From: Tubulanus polymorphus
Lineage: Eukaryota > Animalia > Nemertea
Length of the DNA stretch: 64,000 bases
Assembly: GCF_964204645.1 (NCBI RefSeq)
Contig: NC_134026.1
Location: 5,107,950 to 5,171,949 of the forward strand
Reading direction: 5' to 3'
The first letter of the stretch is position 1. The number at the start of each line of letters is the position of its first letter. The notes under the pieces are model-generated. The model did not search any database. It was not told the origin of the DNA and saw only the letters and a program-made list of their open reading frames with translations. A program made the position numbers and the translations under genes. Positions 58,904 through 64,000 of this stretch are shown one piece after another.

Positions 58904-59856
58904 CTATTTTAAGTTAACTATCAGCATTGAGAGATTTTTTAAAAATTCTACAAAATCATTCAACAGTTGGAAATTACGAACATTATTCTTGGCCACATCG
59001 TTTAGTCCGGCAGAGGTGAATTGTTTTGGAGCTATGTAGATCGGTCGAATGTCTAAATACCGAAGTTCTTGTTCAAACGAACACAAAACATCCATCTTAA
59101 TTCGCTTCAGTAAATCGGTCAACTTTACTCTAAAACTGATCGGCTTCGGACAAACGTTCGCAGATGAAACTGCCATGCCCCCGACTATATTTTCGTCGCC
59201 AGGTATCAAAACGTCTGAGATGAACTTGTAAAGTATGCTGATATGACGGTAAGACTTCAGGATGATATTCGTTTGACAGTCCGTGGCCAGCACGCTCATA
59301 TTTGGTGACTCCACGATCGGTATACGAGAATATTGATGAATTATGTCTCTGTTACATATCCTTGCCAATCCCTGTTGATAAACCAAAACAAAATCAAAAA
59401 ATTACGTTATTTTGCGTTACTTTAAACTTAATCTGAATCTCAAATCACACTTACAAATTTGTCCTTCAGTTCATTGAACTCTGGAATTATCACTTCAAGA
59501 TATTGATGTATCAGGCGCCAGTTCGTTTGGCGAGCGGTCGTTGATAGAGTAGGATTGTACTTTTGGAGAGTTGCGTTGCATGGACCATACACCGGAATAT
59601 CCCCTGGAGAAACTGGTTTGGCTTTCACCTCTATACCAGCCATTATACAAGATATTACTAGAATTACCTGGAGATCTATTGAAAAAGAAACAAATATATC
59701 ATTATCATCTTGATATCCGAATTATTGTTTAGTAAGACTAAATAATTGCTTTTTTAAATTAAATTATATAAAGGTTGTAAGTTAGAATATCAGTACTATG
59801 ATATCTATTGAACTTCGCTTACCCATCATTTGAATAGACTTTTTCTTCGATTGCAT
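58904..59856 (-). CDS. Secreted 240-aa protein, putative IL-6/Unpaired-like long-chain four-helix cytokine
   Basis: Exons 59856-59823 (34 nt), 59675-59455 (221 nt), 59371-58904 (468 nt) splice in frame. Signal-peptide-like LQVILVISCIMAGIEVKA; four amphipathic segments; C-terminal NVRNFQLLNDFVEFLKNL. The gene model is well supported; the family call is inference. Confidence 0.72.
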
Positions 59857-59894
59857 AAAGTTATCTTATGATTTCACGTAAGAAATTTCGAAAA

Positions 59895-60145
59895 GAACTG
59901 ATTGTCAAGTGAATAATTGAGCATCTTTATACTTACTTTTTGGAGAATTGGTATTGGTATCGGTTTCGATTGCAACTGAAACTATTTGAGGATAGCGATA
60001 CTGGTTGTCATGGAGTCCGAATTTGTAATTGTTGGCGAGCATTTTTTCGCATCCACTGGAAAAACCCAAATAGAACTCGACCATCCGACCACGGCATAAT
60101 CCCAAACAAATAATCAAAAAAATGTTTTAAGTGTTTTGCAATATT
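59895..60145 (-). promoter_or_regulatory. Promoter of the cytokine-like gene: TATA, Inr, kappaB-like and C/EBP-like sites
   Basis: On the - strand: TATAAA at 59931-59926, TCAGTT Inr with A at 59899 (TATA at -32), GGGTTTTTCC at 60067-60058. TTTTGCAAT near 60134-60142 on the + strand. Confidence 0.6.
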
Positions 60146-60396
60146 TTTAACATAAAGATGCACATTCATCTGTAAATTGTACGAAAGACTAAGAATACAT
60201 ATACGCTTGATAAAATTCACGTGATAAACCTAGTTGATATAATGTGTCATGAACTGCAAGTGTTTTTTCCTCGTTGCTGCTTTCTTTCCTCATCACAATG
60301 TTATCTCATACTTGCTATCGTAAAAGTTACTTGCACAAACACCAAAAATAAATCGGTTCTCTGTTCTGACGAATTCGCGGTGCCGGATATACGCGT

Positions 60397-62022
60397 TTAG
60401 TTAAACATTTCATTACACCGTAAATGACGAGAGTGGATGGAACCAAGACCCGCGCGTGGAACCTTTTCCGTTCGAAACAAATCTTCTCTAATATTCTGCA
60501 AATCCATCAAATGCTGATTATCCGCGGTTGTTTCCGAAATGGCCCATTCAGCAAGCGGTTCGTGGTTTTCGTAAACGATACTGTAACGATCGTATTCCGG
60601 CCAATTGTAATCGTAATCCGCGTCAACTTGGTTATCCAGCACTACGTGGTCATCCTCAAGAAAACTCTCATCCTGTTTTTTAGTAGAGGAATTTTCAAAA
60701 TGTATAGTTTTGAATTGACTCTGAACAGATGATGGTCTGATATTTCGACCACCATCTGCTGAGCGACGATCCACTGGAGCTCGTCCAACCCACGTAGTGA
60801 CATCCGGATCCAAGACTGCTGATTCGGGATGCTTGATGCTTTGACGAATCCACGACCCTGACGTAGTTGGTACGATCACCTGCCTAGAAGGTACATTATG
60901 TAACCCATCGGAATGATGTCCCCAGATCTGTGTTGGGGTAGGGCAACATGGTCGGTTCAAACCGGCCGTATATAGAATGGGATGAGTGAGCCCAAGGGCC
61001 GTGACCGGGCGCAGGGGTAACGCAGGAGTCAGTGGCTGTAAATTGACAGAATCAACAAAAGGACGAGTAATTCCGCTTGTGGCAGGACGGTGTACAACTG
61101 GCTCTCGAAACGTCTGTCGTTCTCTGAGGATAGCGAATTGAGATGCAATTGCCTCCTCGGTGGCCATCTCATTGAGATCCGCTGAGAGCAGAACGCTTGG
61201 AGATCTATTAGGGCGATTGGTTAGTTGTAGTTCGGTTGTGTAAAATTCTAGTGCATTGTTCTTAGCCTCTTGCCCCGTGGAGTAGCTCGTCGGTGAATGT
61301 TCAATTCTTCGACATGTTCCTTGCATCACGCTGTCCACTCCCCCAGCGCCAACGCTCGAGTTTTCCCCCACCCCGTTACTATCGAATGGATTCTGCGGTC
61401 GATGTGTCGGCAATGGGCTTTGTGGATCCCGCATTACGACTAGGGGTCCAATTTTATTTTCGGTCCCGTCGCCGTGGTAGGGTTGCAACGTGAATACTCC
61501 AGTTGGCGGTGATTCCCCTTGCTGTTGAAATAACGGTTCGGTTGCTCGGTAGCAACAAGTGGTGCGGCATTTCAGAATGACTTGTAAAATGCCCAAAGCA
61601 AAACACATCAAATATAAAAACGCGTTTAACGCCGCCAAAACGATGACAACATTTCTCGTCGAAATGTCGACATTGCAAAGGGAAGCTGTAGCGAAATCCT
61701 GTTGAGTACAGATGTGCATGTGCGTGGAAAGATCAACTGCCGAAACACCGATTGCCGCCAGGAGTAAAACGGCCGAAAAAGGCCACGAAATGATCCCGAA
61801 AACGACGAGTAAGACGCTACTCTTTTCTCCGCTTAGGACACCGAATATTCCCGTGATAACGGTCGTAATGGCTGACGGGAAAACGACCCAAGCAAAACTG
61901 ATGTAATTTCCGATAATGAATGAAGTCGTGTTCAAAAACAACGTCAAAACGCCGCCGATTATCTGAACAATCCCGTATCTGAAAATCAGTCTCCGTTGAT
62001 GATCACTCGCGTGGTATTTCAT
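60397..62022 (-). CDS. MS4A/CD20-like four-TM protein with a long disordered cytoplasmic tail (single coding exon, 541 aa)
   Basis: Longest ORF in the window. Four hydrophobic segments in the first ~150 aa (GIVQIIGGV; ITTVITGIFGVLS; FSAVLLLAAIGV; LNAFLYLMCFALGILQVI) followed by CRTTCC, like the CD20 family. 5' UTR intron supported by an acceptor at 62062 and a donor at 62358. Confidence 0.75.
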   Translation of the reverse strand: MKYHASDHQRRLIFRYGIVQIIGGVLTLFLNTTSFIIGNYISFAWVVFPSAITTVITGIFGVLSGEKSSVLLVVFGIISWPFSAVLLLAAIGVSAVDLSTHMHICTQQDFATASLCNVDISTRNVVIVLAALNAFLYLMCFALGILQVILKCRTTCCYRATEPLFQQQGESPPTGVFTLQPYHGDGTENKIGPLVVMRDPQSPLPTHRPQNPFDSNGVGENSSVGAGGVDSVMQGTCRRIEHSPTSYSTGQEAKNNALEFYTTELQLTNRPNRSPSVLLSADLNEMATEEAIASQFAILRERQTFREPVVHRPATSGITRPFVDSVNLQPLTPALPLRPVTALGLTHPILYTAGLNRPCCPTPTQIWGHHSDGLHNVPSRQVIVPTTSGSWIRQSIKHPESAVLDPDVTTWVGRAPVDRRSADGGRNIRPSSVQSQFKTIHFENSSTKKQDESFLEDDHVVLDNQVDADYDYNWPEYDRYSIVYENHEPLAEWAISETTADNQHLMDLQNIREDLFRTEKVPRAGLGSIHSRHLRCNEMFN

Positions 62023-62977
62023 CTTTTAAACTAAAACTACCACGATTAACATTGATTCCACCTGAATTGTTTAAACTATCTAAGAATCTATTTTAAACGA
62101 TGTAATCGATATCGATATTTAGGATGGAAAATGAAACGTTGTTCACGTTTCGAGTTCTTAGCTCCACAATTTTAAGTTTCTGGTAGTTTATTTCAATGGC
62201 TCAATTAGCGGTGAGTTAACAGTCAATCCTACAGTCAATCCTACTCACATGCGAAAACACAAGTTCGTTTGAAGAGTTGTAGAACGGTCTACGGATCTTA
62301 CTGAACGCATATAAATACATCCACATAGAGTGAAGTAATGAATGCTTTGTAATCTTACCGCTAAAGTTTTATCTAACAATATTCCTCTCTTCTTCGGATG
62401 TTTCTCCTGTATAGTGATTAATGTATATGCATTATAGATTATTATGATTTACCTCATTATGATTGGGACGTAAGCACTTTTGTGATATACAGCGTGAGAG
62501 AGTTTTGCTGTTTATTGTTCTCGAGAAACTAATTAATGTCATGACAATTATTAATTACCTCGACTGTTGGCAATCTTTACTACTGGACACACAAAAGTCA
62601 GACATGATCTACACGGTTTTGGGGCCGTTCTAATGTTTGTGTTTCTTAAATGAGTATTGAGGTTTTCTTAAACACGTAACTGGAAGCTGGAATTTTTGCA
62701 GTAATATTTTCTCGGATGTTCAGTACACCAATGAAGCTGGATCGTCCTCAGCTGAAAATATTATACCGTTCAGATCTTGAGAGTTCTGATTATGTTCTTT
62801 ATATTTGATAGCTGTTATCATAAAAGTTAAAAGCGACAACGATCGACGAAAAAGATGTGCTAAAAAAGTTGTCCAAAAACGCCGGGTACTTCGATTAAAT
62901 CGACACCAATTGAACCCTCACCGTACAGTGCTGCCACCATTTCAATATTTACATCGTACACGTGTTTGACAGAAATC

Positions 62978-63706
62978 ATGGGTCGAATACAGCGAAAGGT
63001 AGCTGAATTTCTATCTATATCAATTGAGATCGAAAGAAAAAATTGTTCCCTTGATTGAACTCGTATTTAGTTTCTAAATTATTTTCTCTTTGAATCTTAA
63101 AGATGTTGAGAATTCACGAAAAATTATTCTGATTGCATCAATTCAGTTCAATTAATCTTTATTGATTGGTTATCAAAAAAAGAAAAGAGAAATTATATTA
63201 TAATCTGTGTGGTCACCTCTCCTAATTATATGATATGTTAGATATGTGTATATTTCTTTTATAGTATGAAAAAGGTACTGCCAATACGTACGTCTCAAGA
63301 AATCAAGCAGTGAAGAAACTCCAATTGTCATTACCAGATTTCAGGTATGGATCACCAAAATCTCATCACAGACAGGCTTAATTAAACCTACTTAATTCTC
63401 TATCAAATAACTGGCACCTTATAGATATAAAGGATTATAAAGCCAAACATTAAACCAAAAAGGTTTTTTATTAAAGATATACTGGTATAGCCTTAGGCTT
63501 AGACCTACACGACTGCAAAACTGAGTCTGGCAAATTTCTTGATCTTTTCCAGGCGATTATGTATCTTGAAAGGAATCTATCCACACGAACCAAAGAATAA
63601 GAAGAAGGCAGGAAAAGGCGATACAACCGCTAAAACCTACTATCACAAGAAAGATATTCAATTTCTACTGCATGAGCCTATCATTAACAAATTCAGATCA
63701 CTGAAG
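62978..63706 (+). CDS. PES1: Pescadillo homolog, 5' exons; gene continues off the right edge
   Basis: Exons 62978-62998, 63265-63344, 63553-63706: [85 protein letters not shown], the Pescadillo N-terminal domain. Confidence 0.97.
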
Positions 63707-64000
63707 GTTTGTGGAAATTATTATGATCCTCGCGCAAAATGAAGATACAGTCAACCCGCCATCCAATTTTCCGCCACCTCCAGTTTCAACTCAAATTTTC
63801 ATATCCTTCATCATCGAGTAGCCTATAGGCCCCTAATGGTGTTCAGTTTAACCACCTTAAGATTATCAGCCGAAGACCTTGGTCCCAACAGTGGCAGAAT
63901 ATCGAAAGCCGACTGCATTTAAAATCGACTAGTTTGGTTCATTTGAGATTCTTGCCGTTGTAGATATTTGCGCGAAAAATAAAGAAAGCAGTAGCGAAAG

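Noticed and set aside
60424-61906. Several short ORFs overlapping the 541-aa gene
   Set aside because: Antisense or alternate-frame shadows of the long ORF.

Overview
AT-rich eukaryotic DNA from an invertebrate animal (probably a marine lophotrochozoan; species not determinable from this window), with GT-AG spliceosomal introns. No prokaryotic features or CRISPR. Genes assembled by hand, left to right: TTF2 5' exons (-), SNAP29 (-), YdjC deacetylase (-), an unannotated 92-aa ORF with four [D/E]HxY HCF-1-binding motifs (-), a large rabphilin gene (+, CDS 15795-50111) whose introns hold many MITEs, TM2D2 (-) head-to-head with syntaxin-18 (+), a 3-exon secreted 240-aa protein resembling an IL-6/Unpaired-type four-helix cytokine (-), an MS4A/CD20-like tetraspan protein with a long Tyr-bearing tail (-), and PES1 5' exons (+). 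Best novelty candidates: the helical-cytokine gene (TATA+Inr+kappaB-like promoter) next to the MS4A-like gene, and the HBM-repeat microprotein lying in the YdjC 5' region. Gene identities come from remembered protein sequences; no database searches were run.
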